Positions 9,790 to 19,860 of a DNA stretch of 64,000 nt are shown here, piece by piece. The DNA is taken from positions 84,368-148,367 of the forward strand of contig CASIAX010000008.1 of NCBI GenBank assembly GCA_949372955.1. Reading direction: 5' to 3'. Every line of letters starts with the position of its first letter. Positions within the stretch are counted from its first letter, which is position 1. This DNA comes from an uncultured Flavobacteriaceae bacterium (lineage in GTDB: Bacteria > Bacteroidota > Bacteroidia > Flavobacteriales > Flavobacteriaceae). The position numbers and the translations under genes were made by a program. The notes under the pieces are model-generated. The model saw only the letters and a list, made by a program, of their open reading frames with translations. It searched no databases and was not told the origin of the DNA.

Positions 9790-10623
9790 ATGAATAGTAA
9801 ACCTGTAGGTTCTTTGAGGAGAAAGATTCATGAAGTAATTTATGAAGCTGATACTAAATCAGGTAAAGTATTTGATATAATTCTACTGTTTTTTATAATA
9901 CTAAGTGTTTTTCTTGTAATTATAGAAAGTTTGGATGGTGTAAGCTCAAGATATATTAATTTCCTAAATTATAGTGAGTGGATAATTACAGTTTTATTCA
10001 CTATAGAATATATCTTAAGAATAGTTTCTGTAAAAAAACCTTTCAGGTACATATTTAGTTTTTATGGGGTAATAGACTTACTATCAATAATTCCTAAATA
10101 TATTTCATTATTTGTATTTGGTGCGCAATCTATAGCAGCACTTAGAGCTTTGAGACTAATGAGAATTTTTAAAATTTTAAAAATGAACAGGTTTATAGGG
10201 GCTTCAACCAACTTAAGAAGATCATTATTAGCGAGTAGGGCAAAAATTATAGTTTTTTTATTATTTGTTATTATTCTTTGTGTGATTTTAGGAGCTATCA
10301 TGTATTTGATAGAGGGCAATATTAATAGTGGATTTGAAAATATTCCTAAAAGTATTTATTGGGCTATTGTTACACTAACGACCGTAGGCTATGGTGATAT
10401 TGTACCTTTTACAGCTTTAGGAAAATTTATATCGTCAATAATAATGATATTAGGTTATGGTATTATTGCAATTCCAACAGGTATAGTCACTTCAAATATG
10501 ACACTAACAGAAAGAAAAGAAATACAATTAAATACACAATCATGCTCAAATTGTTTAAAGAACAAACATTCTGATGATGCAATATTTTGCTCAAAATGTG
10601 GTGAGCCACTTACCGATGGATAA
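9790..10623 (+). CDS. Voltage-gated-type (6TM) potassium channel with C-terminal zinc-ribbon
   Basis: S4-like RALRLMRIFKILKMNRF with a basic residue every third position. Selectivity filter TLTTVGYGD. C-terminal CSNC..(13 aa)..CSKCG. Confidence 0.8.
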   Translation: MNSKPVGSLRRKIHEVIYEADTKSGKVFDIILLFFIILSVFLVIIESLDGVSSRYINFLNYSEWIITVLFTIEYILRIVSVKKPFRYIFSFYGVIDLLSIIPKYISLFVFGAQSIAALRALRLMRIFKILKMNRFIGASTNLRRSLLASRAKIIVFLLFVIILCVILGAIMYLIEGNINSGFENIPKSIYWAIVTLTTVGYGDIVPFTALGKFISSIIMILGYGIIAIPTGIVTSNMTLTERKEIQLNTQSCSNCLKNKHSDDAIFCSKCGEPLTDG

Positions 10624-11524
10624 ATACTTAATTACAATCGTTGGACCAACTGCAATTGGTAAAACTAACCTATCCTTAGAGTTAGCCAATTATTACAATA
10701 CAGAGATCATTTCAGCTGATTCTAGGCAGTTTTATAAAGAAATGAGTATAGGCACGGCTAAACCATCAAATAAGGAATTAAACTGTGTTAAACATCATTT
10801 AATTAATAATAAAAGTGTCTCCGAAATATACAACTTAGGAGAATTTGAAAAAGACACTATCGAAATCATAAATAATATTCATGAAAAATCAAATCTTGCA
10901 ATATTAGTTGGTGGGTCAGGACTATATGTTGATGCTATAATCTACGGACTTGATGAAATACCTGAAATTAAAAATAGCATAAGAGAATTGTTAAATGATG
11001 AATTTGAAACTAAAGGAATAAATTACCTGCAGAATAAATTAAAGAAATTAGATCTAACTACATACAATAGTATTGATTTAAAAAATCACAGAAGAATAAT
11101 TAGAGCATTAGAAGTTACAATCTCATGTGGAAAACCCTATTCTTCCTATTTAAAAAAAACAAAGATTAATCGCAGCTTTAAAGTAATTGAAATAGGGATT
11201 AATGCAGACAGAGAAATAGTATATGAGAGGATAAATAATAGAGTTGATAAAATGATTAAAGATGGTCTAATTAATGAAGTTGAACAACTGCTAGAGTATA
11301 AAAAATTAAATAGTTTGAATACTATAGGCTACAAAGAAATATTTAATTACTTAAGTGGTGGAATCAGTTTAGACTTCGCTATTGAAGAAATTAAAAAAAA
11401 TACAAGAAGATTTTCTAAAAGACAAGTGACTTGGTTTAAGTCAAAGGAAAATATAATTTGGTTTAGTCATAATTACAAATTAAAAAATATAATAAAAACT
11501 ATAGAGGAACTAATTAACAACTAG
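10616..11524 (+). CDS. miaA: tRNA dimethylallyltransferase
   Basis: The track ORF starts at 10574. The likely start is the in-frame ATG 10616 (MDKYLITIVGPTAIGKT P-loop), overlapping the upstream gene by 8 nt. Also SADSRQFYKEMSIGTAKP. Confidence 0.85.
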   Translation: MDKYLITIVGPTAIGKTNLSLELANYYNTEIISADSRQFYKEMSIGTAKPSNKELNCVKHHLINNKSVSEIYNLGEFEKDTIEIINNIHEKSNLAILVGGSGLYVDAIIYGLDEIPEIKNSIRELLNDEFETKGINYLQNKLKKLDLTTYNSIDLKNHRRIIRALEVTISCGKPYSSYLKKTKINRSFKVIEIGINADREIVYERINNRVDKMIKDGLINEVEQLLEYKKLNSLNTIGYKEIFNYLSGGISLDFAIEEIKKNTRRFSKRQVTWFKSKENIIWFSHNYKLKNIIKTIEELINN

Positions 11525-12211
11525 CCTAAATCCTTCTCCATGAATATTTATAATTTCAACTGATTCATCATTTTTTAAATACTTTCTGAGTTTAGCAATA
11601 TAAACGTCCATACTTCTTGACGTGAAGTAATTATCATCTCTCCAAATTTTTGTTAAAGCCAACTCTCTAGGCATTAAATCATTCTTATATAAAATCAACA
11701 TCTTTAAAAGAAGATTTTCTTTTGGGGATAACTTAACTGGTAAATTATCTAAATAAGAAAGATGTCTTAACTTAGAGTTTAAATGAAAATCCCCGAATTC
11801 AAATTCAAATTCAGATGATTCAGCAACTGAGGTTCTTATATTTCTATTTATAATGGCATTAATTTTCATTAGCAGAACTTCACTATCAAAAGGTTTCTTT
11901 AAATAATCATCTGCACCTACCTTGTATCCCTTTAACACATCTTCTTTCAGAGATTTAGCAGTTAAAAAAATAATTGGGATGTCAGGGTTTTTTTCTTTAA
12001 TTTCTTTCGCTAGAGTAAATCCATCTTTATAAGGCATCATAACATCAAGAATACATAAATCAAAATCATTCTTTTTGAACTTCTCAAAACCCTCCATACC
12101 ATTTTTAGCATGTATTACCTCGTAATTATTAATTATGAGGTAATCTCTTAAGATGATTCCAAAATTCTGATCATCTTCAACTAATAAAATTCTGTTATTT
12201 ACATCACTCAT
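11510..12211 (-). CDS. OmpR/PhoB-family response regulator
   Basis: Receiver domain (ILLVEDD..DLCILDVMMP..TAKS) plus a winged-helix output domain (LSPKE..SRSMDVYIAKLRKYL). Confidence 0.85.
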   Translation of the reverse strand: MSDVNNRILLVEDDQNFGIILRDYLIINNYEVIHAKNGMEGFEKFKKNDFDLCILDVMMPYKDGFTLAKEIKEKNPDIPIIFLTAKSLKEDVLKGYKVGADDYLKKPFDSEVLLMKINAIINRNIRTSVAESSEFEFEFGDFHLNSKLRHLSYLDNLPVKLSPKENLLLKMLILYKNDLMPRELALTKIWRDDNYFTSRSMDVYIAKLRKYLKNDESVEIINIHGEGFRLVVN

Positions 12212-12217
12212 ATTATA

Positions 12218-13828
12218 TTATTTTTTGTTATAAACTGGTAATTTTATTTCAAAGGAAGTTCCTTTACCTAGTGAACTACTAACGGAAATATCTCCTTTAT
12301 GGTATTTAATTATTTTTTTTACATAAGACAACCCCAGTCCATGGCCTTTGACATTATGCAAATTACCTGACTGTTCACGATAAAATTTATCAAAAATTTT
12401 GCTCTGAACATCTTTTGACATCCCAATACCATTATCCGAAATAGTTAATATGACATCTTTCTCATTTAATATCTTTTTTATATTTCTAGTGGATATTTTA
12501 ATTACCGGATTGTTTTCAGAATACTTAATAGCATTGTCAATAATATTAATTATAGCATTAGTAAAATGAGTCTGATTAGCCTTTATATTTGTAAACTTTG
12601 AATTTAATTCTAGTTCTATTTTCCCATTTTTGCTTTTCATTATTAAATCTAAATGGCTAACGGCACTATGAACTAACTCATGTAAATCATGATCAATTCT
12701 CTTAATATTTAATTCATTTTTATCTAATTTAGAAATTCTTAATACATTCTCTACCTGTTCATTGAGTCTGTTATTTTCAACTTTGATCATATTCAGGTAG
12801 TTGATGACTAGTTCTTTATTATCTATAATTTTTGGGTTTTTAATAGAATCTAGTACTAGGTTAATAGTTGCAATTGGAGTCTTAAACTCATGAGTCATAT
12901 TATTTATAAAATCTGATTTAATTTGTGCTATTTTTTTCTGTTTTAATAGTTGATAAATTGTACTTATGTAGACTATAACAATAATTATAGTAAATACTAT
13001 AGATAAAATAATACCTTCAAAATAGGAATATTCAGAAGCTGAAAATTGATTTTTAAGGTTTGGGAAATACAAGTTTAGACTAAAATCACTCAAATTATTG
13101 TTATCCGTAAATATAGATGTACTGAAACTGCGATTTCTATCCCAACTGCTGAAATCAAAATTACCTGACTGAACTCTAGTTAGTAGATCTTTATCAAAAA
13201 TTCCAAATTCAAAATTCAAGTTTAAATTATATTCTGATAAAGCATTAGTGATAAGATTATTAATCTCATCTTCTGAGATTCTTCTATGTATTGGATTTCT
13301 TTTAGCCAGATCTTTATATGCAGTCTCAAATAAAATCTCTTTGCTCCTAGAAATTTCTCCTATTCTTAATAATAATTGCTCAGGTGTAAATTGTCTAGTA
13401 TCTGTATTATTAGAGCTAAGGCTAAATATTTTTTGTTCTCTTTCATTTGAAATTCTTGTAATGTTAATACTATCAATATTAATATCTAAAAAAGAAGGTA
13501 ATTTTAAACTTTCTTCAATAATACCATTTCGATAAATGATAGTTTCATTTGAGCCATTATTTTCACTTATAAAGTATAAATTATTTATTGCGGTAGTATC
13601 GATATTAACTCCACTATTTATAAGCTCATTAAACTTGTACACATACTCAGAATATTCTCTTTTTTGTATGTCCTTGGAAACTTCAAGTAAAATGTTATTG
13701 ATATTTAAAGCAAATTGTTCCATGCTTTTATCAATATTACTCTTAATAAAATAACTCTGTACAGAAATTATTCCCAAAAGAGATAAACTCATCAAGATTA
13801 ATATCAGTATAAAGAACTTTTTATTCAT
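12218..13828 (-). CDS. Sensor histidine kinase
   Basis: N-terminal TM segment, a large extracytoplasmic region, and a second TM. H-box NMTHEFKTPIATI, N-box IIDNAIKYS, G-boxes DNGIGM and GHGLGLSYV. Adjacent to the response regulator. Confidence 0.85.
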   Translation of the reverse strand: MNKKFFILILILMSLSLLGIISVQSYFIKSNIDKSMEQFALNINNILLEVSKDIQKREYSEYVYKFNELINSGVNIDTTAINNLYFISENNGSNETIIYRNGIIEESLKLPSFLDINIDSINITRISNEREQKIFSLSSNNTDTRQFTPEQLLLRIGEISRSKEILFETAYKDLAKRNPIHRRISEDEINNLITNALSEYNLNLNFEFGIFDKDLLTRVQSGNFDFSSWDRNRSFSTSIFTDNNNLSDFSLNLYFPNLKNQFSASEYSYFEGIILSIVFTIIIVIVYISTIYQLLKQKKIAQIKSDFINNMTHEFKTPIATINLVLDSIKNPKIIDNKELVINYLNMIKVENNRLNEQVENVLRISKLDKNELNIKRIDHDLHELVHSAVSHLDLIMKSKNGKIELELNSKFTNIKANQTHFTNAIINIIDNAIKYSENNPVIKISTRNIKKILNEKDVILTISDNGIGMSKDVQSKIFDKFYREQSGNLHNVKGHGLGLSYVKKIIKYHKGDISVSSSLGKGTSFEIKLPVYNKK

Positions 13829-13888
13829 ACTACTAAATTAATATTAATAATACAGTGAGACATAGATTTAACCATAAGTTAACAAAAA

Positions 13889-14467
13889 TTAATGATTTAG
13901 AATTTCCAAATGAATCTTATTAACATCATTAATCAAATCTGCATTTACATTATTATAAATTATAAAATCGGATAATTTCACAATCAAAGCATCTGTAACT
14001 TGATTATTGATTATGTTTTTAATTGATGAACTGCTCATGCCTCTTGATAAGAGTCTAGAGTGTCTTAACTTTACATCAGAAACAATTCCAATAACTTTAT
14101 CAAAATTATTTTCAGAGTTGTTTTCAAAAATAATTGCAGATTCATATACAGAATAAGGAGCTACTTGATTATTTAACCAATTTTCGTAGTCCATCTTTAC
14201 AAAAGGATGTACAATAGAGTTTATTAATTGGAGTTTATACTTATCATTAAATATTAAATCAGAAACATATTCCTTATTAAGTTTATTAGATCTATAACAG
14301 TCTTTACCAAGATGATTAATCAATTTATTTTTTACGTGAATATTTGAATTAATAATTTTTTTTGCACGATCATCTGATGTGAAAATAGGTATACCTAGTT
14401 TGAAAAACATATTTGAAATATGTGTTTTTCCACTTCCAACCCCACCTGTTATTGCAATTTTTTTCAT
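13889..14467 (-). CDS. coaE: Dephospho-CoA kinase
   Basis: 192 aa with P-loop ITGGVGSGKT. 4-nt start/stop overlap with the upstream gene. Confidence 0.85.
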   Translation of the reverse strand: MKKIAITGGVGSGKTHISNMFFKLGIPIFTSDDRAKKIINSNIHVKNKLINHLGKDCYRSNKLNKEYVSDLIFNDKYKLQLINSIVHPFVKMDYENWLNNQVAPYSVYESAIIFENNSENNFDKVIGIVSDVKLRHSRLLSRGMSSSSIKNIINNQVTDALIVKLSDFIIYNNVNADLINDVNKIHLEILNH

Positions 14468-15408
14468 TTTAAAATGACATATTGTACATTCTCATTCATC
14501 AATCTTAAATTTTTTATATAATTAGGTTTTTTTATTATTGTGGGAGTTAATTTTCCATTTTCATGAAATTGATTAAAATCGCAAATAATTTCAAAATCTT
14601 TAGAACTGTAAATTTGATAATTCTCTAAACTAACATTAAAAGATACTTTTATATTTTTTGGGTAATAATTAATCTTAGTATCTTTTGGGATATTGACAAT
14701 TGAAACAGGAATATTGAAAATAGCTTCTGTAGACTTTTCAACATCGATGAAAACGTCAACAGTTTTGTCAGAGTACTTTAAATTATTGACTTCTAATAAA
14801 TTAAGCTTAACAGACTGAGTTAAACTTAATTTTAAATCTGTGAGTTCTAAATCATAGGTGTTAATAGAATTAATTGAATTTAAAATTAATTCTGGACCAA
14901 CAACAATAACCGAATCCTTCGATAATTTATAACTTTTAAAAAAATCATAACCTTGTGAAAAACTTATATTTGAATTTAAAACTATAGGTATTTTTTTTGA
15001 TTTCAACCTATCATAGTAAAAAAAAAGACTATCAAAATTAATTGAGATTAAATTGAATTCAGGTTTTATAAAATCAACAATATTAGTATACGTATTAGAG
15101 TTGGTTAGTATAAAAGATTTTGAATTATCAATACTATTTCCTGAGGGTATATTAATTGATTGATTCGATAAATAATGCTTAATGAAATCAAAACCAAATG
15201 ATGAAACAGTTAAACTAATACTATCAGCAGATTGTTTAGTAACTATTTTATCATCTGCAATTTCAGTTAAGTTAATTTTATAAGTAACGGTTTTTGTATA
15301 AACCTTAGTCAATTTAACTATAGCGGAAAAGAGAAAAGATATCACTAAAAAAATAATAAAATTGTTTAATGTTTTATAATTAATTTTATATGAATTTTTA
15401 ATTGTCAT
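14464..15408 (-). CDS. YbbR-like domain-containing membrane-anchored protein
   Basis: 314 aa with an N-terminal TM anchor and repetitive beta-rich domains. Sits between the GT2 gene and coaE. The assignment rests on architecture only. Confidence 0.5.
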   Translation of the reverse strand: MTIKNSYKINYKTLNNFIIFLVISFLFSAIVKLTKVYTKTVTYKINLTEIADDKIVTKQSADSISLTVSSFGFDFIKHYLSNQSINIPSGNSIDNSKSFILTNSNTYTNIVDFIKPEFNLISINFDSLFFYYDRLKSKKIPIVLNSNISFSQGYDFFKSYKLSKDSVIVVGPELILNSINSINTYDLELTDLKLSLTQSVKLNLLEVNNLKYSDKTVDVFIDVEKSTEAIFNIPVSIVNIPKDTKINYYPKNIKVSFNVSLENYQIYSSKDFEIICDFNQFHENGKLTPTIIKKPNYIKNLRLMNENVQYVILK

Positions 15409-16421
15409 TAATTATTGTTTTTATAAAAATAATCAGGAAATTTATCTTTGATATTTCTGTTTGAATATAATAAAATAAAATTTGATTTTAGAAAACCAAA
15501 TCCATAACCAACAAATTGAATTAAGGTAGTAAATACTGAATAAAAAGCTACTACTACGCTCCTATTTGTAATTAATGAGTTAATAAATATTAAAGCTCCA
15601 TAAAGAATCAATGTCAATAGGGGAATAAAAAAATTAAATGGAATTAAGGCAAAACTTAAAATTAAATAAAAAAGTGCAAAAGTAGGCAACCAAAAAATAA
15701 TCTTATTAGAAGATGGATGCCAGGTATTTATAATTGGCCTAACCATTCCAAACTTATAAACTTGGGTGAAAAAAGCATGAATATTAACTCTTCTTTTATG
15801 AAATACTTTGACGTTCTTATATAAACTAGACCTTAATTTAAGATCTGATATTCTTAGAGATAAATCCGGATCTTCACCAGGGTGAATATTTCCAAAACCG
15901 CCAGTTAATTCAAACGCTTTTTGTGAAATTCCCATATTAAAACTTCTAGCTTGAAAGTTCTTAGAATTTATATTACCCCCTCTTACACCTCCAGTGGTTA
16001 AAAAAGATGTCATTGTAAAATTCACAGCTTTTTGAAAATTTGTGAAAGAAAAATGCGAGTCATCTACTCCTCCAAAACAATCAACATACTCGTCATTTAT
16101 ATTTTGGAAGAAATTAATCAAGTAATTGCTAGGTAATATACAATCTGAATCTAATATTATAAAGTAATTACCTTGTGCGTTTTTCATACCATAGTTCCTA
16201 GAGTCACCAGGACCAGTATTGTTTTTTTTATAATAAGATATATTTAATTTTTCTGAAAATTTTGATATAATTTTGTCTGAACAATTGTTGGAACCGTCTT
16301 CAATAATAACAATTTCAAAATCAAAAAAACCTTCTAAATTCACAAAACTATTTAGAAGCTCATCAATTTCTTCAGGCCTATTGTAAACAGGGATTATAAA
16401 TGAAATATTAATAGATACCAT
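15408..16421 (-). CDS. Family 2 glycosyltransferase with C-terminal membrane domain
   Basis: FIIPVYNRPEE..IIEDGS..ILDSDC (DxD) GT-A motifs, followed by several hydrophobic helices. Confidence 0.75.
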   Translation of the reverse strand: MVSINISFIIPVYNRPEEIDELLNSFVNLEGFFDFEIVIIEDGSNNCSDKIISKFSEKLNISYYKKNNTGPGDSRNYGMKNAQGNYFIILDSDCILPSNYLINFFQNINDEYVDCFGGVDDSHFSFTNFQKAVNFTMTSFLTTGGVRGGNINSKNFQARSFNMGISQKAFELTGGFGNIHPGEDPDLSLRISDLKLRSSLYKNVKVFHKRRVNIHAFFTQVYKFGMVRPIINTWHPSSNKIIFWLPTFALFYLILSFALIPFNFFIPLLTLILYGALIFINSLITNRSVVVAFYSVFTTLIQFVGYGFGFLKSNFILLYSNRNIKDKFPDYFYKNNN

Positions 16422-16459
16422 TTAACAAATGTAGTTAAACAAAGCAGTAATTAAGTATA

Positions 16460-17272
16460 TTATTTTGTGATAGAATCCATCACAGAATCACTAACACCCA
16501 TATTACTAAAACCTCCATCATTATATAAGTTTTGAAGTGTAACTCTCTTTGTTAGATCGCTAAATAATGTAACAGTGTAATTAGCACAATCTAATGCAGT
16601 AGCATTACCTAATGGAGACATTTTTTCAGCATAATTAATAAAACCATCAAAACCTTTGACTCCACTTCCAGCTGTAGTAGGAGTTGGAGATTGAGAAATA
16701 GTATTAACCCTTACTTTTTTGTCTTTACCAAAGAAATATCCAAAACTACGAGCTATACTTTCCAAAAATGCTTTATTATCTGCCATGTCATTATAATCAG
16801 GGAATACTCTTTGAGCAGCCATGTAAGTTAAAGCTACAATACTACCCCATTCGTTCATAGCATCTGCTTTATATAGTGTTTGCATAACCTTATGAAATGA
16901 CATTGCAGATACATCTGTACCTTTTTGAGTCCAATCGTATTTTTGATCTGTGTAATGTCTACCCTTTCTTACATTAATAGACATTCCTATTGAGTGTAAA
17001 ACAAAATCTAATTTACCACCTAATATTTTCATTGATTCAGAAATCAAATGCTCTAAATCTTCAATAGAAGTTGCGTCAGCTCCTATAACTTTAGAACCGG
17101 TTTTCTCTGCTAACTTATCAATTTCGCCCATTCTCATAGCGACTGGCGCATTAGATAAAACAAAGGTTCCTCCTTCTTCATGAACTCTTTCAGCAGTTTT
17201 CCAAGCAATAGAATTATGATCTAAAGCTCCAAATATTATACCTCTTTTTCCTTTTAAAAGATTATATGACAT
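16460..17272 (-). CDS. fabI: Enoyl-[acyl-carrier-protein] reductase (NADH)
   Basis: 270 aa, LKGKRGIIFGA..HSIGMS..YMAAQRV..K..SPLG, the typical FabI layout. Confidence 0.9.
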   Translation of the reverse strand: MSYNLLKGKRGIIFGALDHNSIAWKTAERVHEEGGTFVLSNAPVAMRMGEIDKLAEKTGSKVIGADATSIEDLEHLISESMKILGGKLDFVLHSIGMSINVRKGRHYTDQKYDWTQKGTDVSAMSFHKVMQTLYKADAMNEWGSIVALTYMAAQRVFPDYNDMADNKAFLESIARSFGYFFGKDKKVRVNTISQSPTPTTAGSGVKGFDGFINYAEKMSPLGNATALDCANYTVTLFSDLTKRVTLQNLYNDGGFSNMGVSDSVMDSITK

Positions 17273-17299
17273 ATTATAAGATTTTTCACAAATATAAGA

Positions 17300-18952
17300 C
17301 TAATTGAGTAATTGCTTAGCATGAGCAACAGCAGAGTTAGAAATGTTATCTCCTTCAAGCATTTTTGCAATTTCTACAATTCTATCTTGATTATTCAGTT
17401 TTATTAAGTTAGTAGTAGTTGAGTTATCCATTTCTGTTTTATATACTTTAAAGTGAGACTCCCCTTTCGCTGCAATTTGAGGCAGATGTGTAATTGTGAA
17501 TATTTGCATCCTAGAACTCATTTCTTGCATAATATCTCCAATTTTATTAGACACTTCTCCAGAAACTCCAGTATCAATCTCATCAAACATTAATGTCGGT
17601 AACTTTTTATAGTTGGCAATAATAGATTTGATAGCTAGCATAATCCTAGAAATCTCACCTCCCGAAGCAGAATATTTCAATAATTTAAAGTCTGATCCTT
17701 TATTAGCACTAAACTTAAATTCTAACTTATCCATTCCATTAAAAAGAAAATCCTCAACTGGACTAATTTCAATTAAAAACTGAGCACTCTTCATGCCTAA
17801 ATCACCTAATATTTCCTTGAGGTTTTTAACTAAATTAGGAATTACATTAACCCTATTACTATTTAACTGTTTAGATAAAACTAACAATTCACTCTCCATG
17901 GCCTTAATTAAAGAATTAAGTGTGTGAATTTCATCATCAATATTATTTGACTTAGAAACCTTGGTAGTTAAATCAGATTGGATAATAATTAGATCATTCA
18001 AATTATCAACAGAGTGTTTTCTTAAGACATTGTTTATTTTTGATAACAAATCACCTATTTCGGATAATTCTACAGGGCTGTTAGTTAACCTATCATTTGA
18101 AGCTTGGATATCTTTAGAGATATCATCTAAATCAATATAGATTGAATTTAATCTATTATACAGACTTAAAAAAGAATTGGACTTGAAAGACAAGTCTTTA
18201 AGGTTTGAATTCAACTTACTCATTAATGAAATTATACCATGCTCGTTATCATTCAAAATAGAGCTGCTTAGATTTAAATCACTCTTAATATCTTCGAAAT
18301 TAGACAACTCTTTATAAGAGTTTTCTAGTTCATCTAGATTAATATCAGAAATGTTTAAATTGTTAATTTCCTCTAAAAGATGGTTATTATAATCAAAAGC
18401 TTTTGAGAGCTCTAGTTTAGAGTCTTTAATTAGTTTTAATTCGGATTTATAATTTTTATATTTTAAGAACTTAACTTTATATTCTTTTAACAATTTATTA
18501 TTATTAGAAACAGAGTCAATTACATCAAATTGAAAATCAATATTTACTAAATCTAAATTTTGGTGCTGAGAGTGAATATCTATAATATATTGGCTAATAG
18601 ATGATAGTTGGTTTAATATTACTGGAGAGTCATTAACAAAAGCGCGGGATTTTCCTGAAGGTAATATTTCTCTTCTAATTATAGTATCCGTGTCGTAATC
18701 AAGATTATTATCTGCAAAAACATTCTTCAAATTATAATTAGAAAGATCAAAAGTTGCCTCAACAATACACTTTTTATTCAAGTTATTTATTGATGAGCTA
18801 TCTGATCTTTTTCCTAAAAGAAGGGATAATGCATTTATTAAAATTGATTTTCCAGCCCCAGTTTCACCTGTAATTATAGTTAATCCATTATTGAAATCTA
18901 CATTCAAATCATCGATAAGTGCATAGTTTTTTATGGATAGGTTTTTTAACAC
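17300..18952 (-). CDS. recN: DNA repair protein RecN
   Basis: 550 aa with Walker A GETGAGKSILINAL, a long coiled-coil middle, the signature SGGEISRIMLA, and Walker B LMFDEIDTG. Confidence 0.9.
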   Translation of the reverse strand: MLKNLSIKNYALIDDLNVDFNNGLTIITGETGAGKSILINALSLLLGKRSDSSSINNLNKKCIVEATFDLSNYNLKNVFADNNLDYDTDTIIRREILPSGKSRAFVNDSPVILNQLSSISQYIIDIHSQHQNLDLVNIDFQFDVIDSVSNNNKLLKEYKVKFLKYKNYKSELKLIKDSKLELSKAFDYNNHLLEEINNLNISDINLDELENSYKELSNFEDIKSDLNLSSSILNDNEHGIISLMSKLNSNLKDLSFKSNSFLSLYNRLNSIYIDLDDISKDIQASNDRLTNSPVELSEIGDLLSKINNVLRKHSVDNLNDLIIIQSDLTTKVSKSNNIDDEIHTLNSLIKAMESELLVLSKQLNSNRVNVIPNLVKNLKEILGDLGMKSAQFLIEISPVEDFLFNGMDKLEFKFSANKGSDFKLLKYSASGGEISRIMLAIKSIIANYKKLPTLMFDEIDTGVSGEVSNKIGDIMQEMSSRMQIFTITHLPQIAAKGESHFKVYKTEMDNSTTTNLIKLNNQDRIVEIAKMLEGDNISNSAVAHAKQLLN

Positions 18953-18972
18953 TTTGTTTTAAAGATTATAAT

Positions 18973-19860
18973 TTAAAATTTTATTTTTCTCCATTTGCTT
19001 GAATGCATAGGAGCTACTTTTGACAGCATTGAAATTAAATTAGTTATTTCTACACTAGGCCCAGCACTAAAAATATCTTGAATTTCATCAGACTTCGCGT
19101 CAAAGAACACTTTCAGGATATATGAATTTGGTCTACGACTATTCATTCTTTCAAAAGATATGATAGATTTACTAATATTTATTTTTGATTTTTTAACATC
19201 TTCAAACATATTATCTAAACCGTTAAGATGATAGTCATACAATGCAAAACTAAACTCTTTATATGTAGGAGATAGTATATTATCAATTAAATAATAGCGA
19301 GTCTGACGACCATCTTTAGCATTCCAGCCAAGGTAATTAGTTCCATTAGAATAATCTAAAATATTTCTAGCTTGTTGGTAATATTTTTTGCCAGAGTTTA
19401 ATTTAAAGGAATCAGAATCCATACCTAAAATAATGTAGACGTGATATGACAAAACGGAAATTAAGTTTGATTCAAACTGATTAGGATTAAAAACAAAATT
19501 TTGGAATTCTTGATATCTGAATGAAAAATCTTTATCTATATAATTATAGATTGGTGATTCATAAGAAGAATTAAAGATAGGTCTAGATGACTGTACTTGT
19601 AGAGTCCCACTAAAAACATCATTATCATATGAACTAATATTAACAATCATTGAACAATTTATTTTTTCCTTATTTGAAAAAGAAATATTAGTCCAATTGG
19701 AATTATTTATAAATTCTGAGATTTGATTTTCTAAAGTTTTAAAAATTTGCAAATTCTCATTACCTGTCTGAGTGGCATTAACAATAACACTACAATTTAG
19801 TTCTTGTGAAAATATTTGTGTAAAAGAAATTAAAAAAAAATATATAAATATTTTATTCAT
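18973..19860 (-). CDS. DUF4835-family protein (PorD-like, type IX secretion associated)
   Basis: 295 aa with a signal peptide. It occupies the conserved Flavobacteriia position between coaBC and recN. Assignment is by synteny and recollection of the family, not by a motif. Confidence 0.5.
   Translation of the reverse strand: MNKIFIYFFLISFTQIFSQELNCSVIVNATQTGNENLQIFKTLENQISEFINNSNWTNISFSNKEKINCSMIVNISSYDNDVFSGTLQVQSSRPIFNSSYESPIYNYIDKDFSFRYQEFQNFVFNPNQFESNLISVLSYHVYIILGMDSDSFKLNSGKKYYQQARNILDYSNGTNYLGWNAKDGRQTRYYLIDNILSPTYKEFSFALYDYHLNGLDNMFEDVKKSKINISKSIISFERMNSRRPNSYILKVFFDAKSDEIQDIFSAGPSVEITNLISMLSKVAPMHSSKWRKIKF

Noticed and set aside
10574-10615. N-terminal extension of miaA (MMQYFAQNVVSHLP) shown on the track
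   Set aside because: It lies entirely within the channel gene's zinc-ribbon codons. The conserved MiaA N-terminus begins at the ATG at 10616.
13248-13754. Two adjacent antisense ORFs (95 and 72 aa) inside the histidine kinase gene
   Set aside because: These are shadow ORFs opposite the kinase periplasmic-domain codons, with no independent support.
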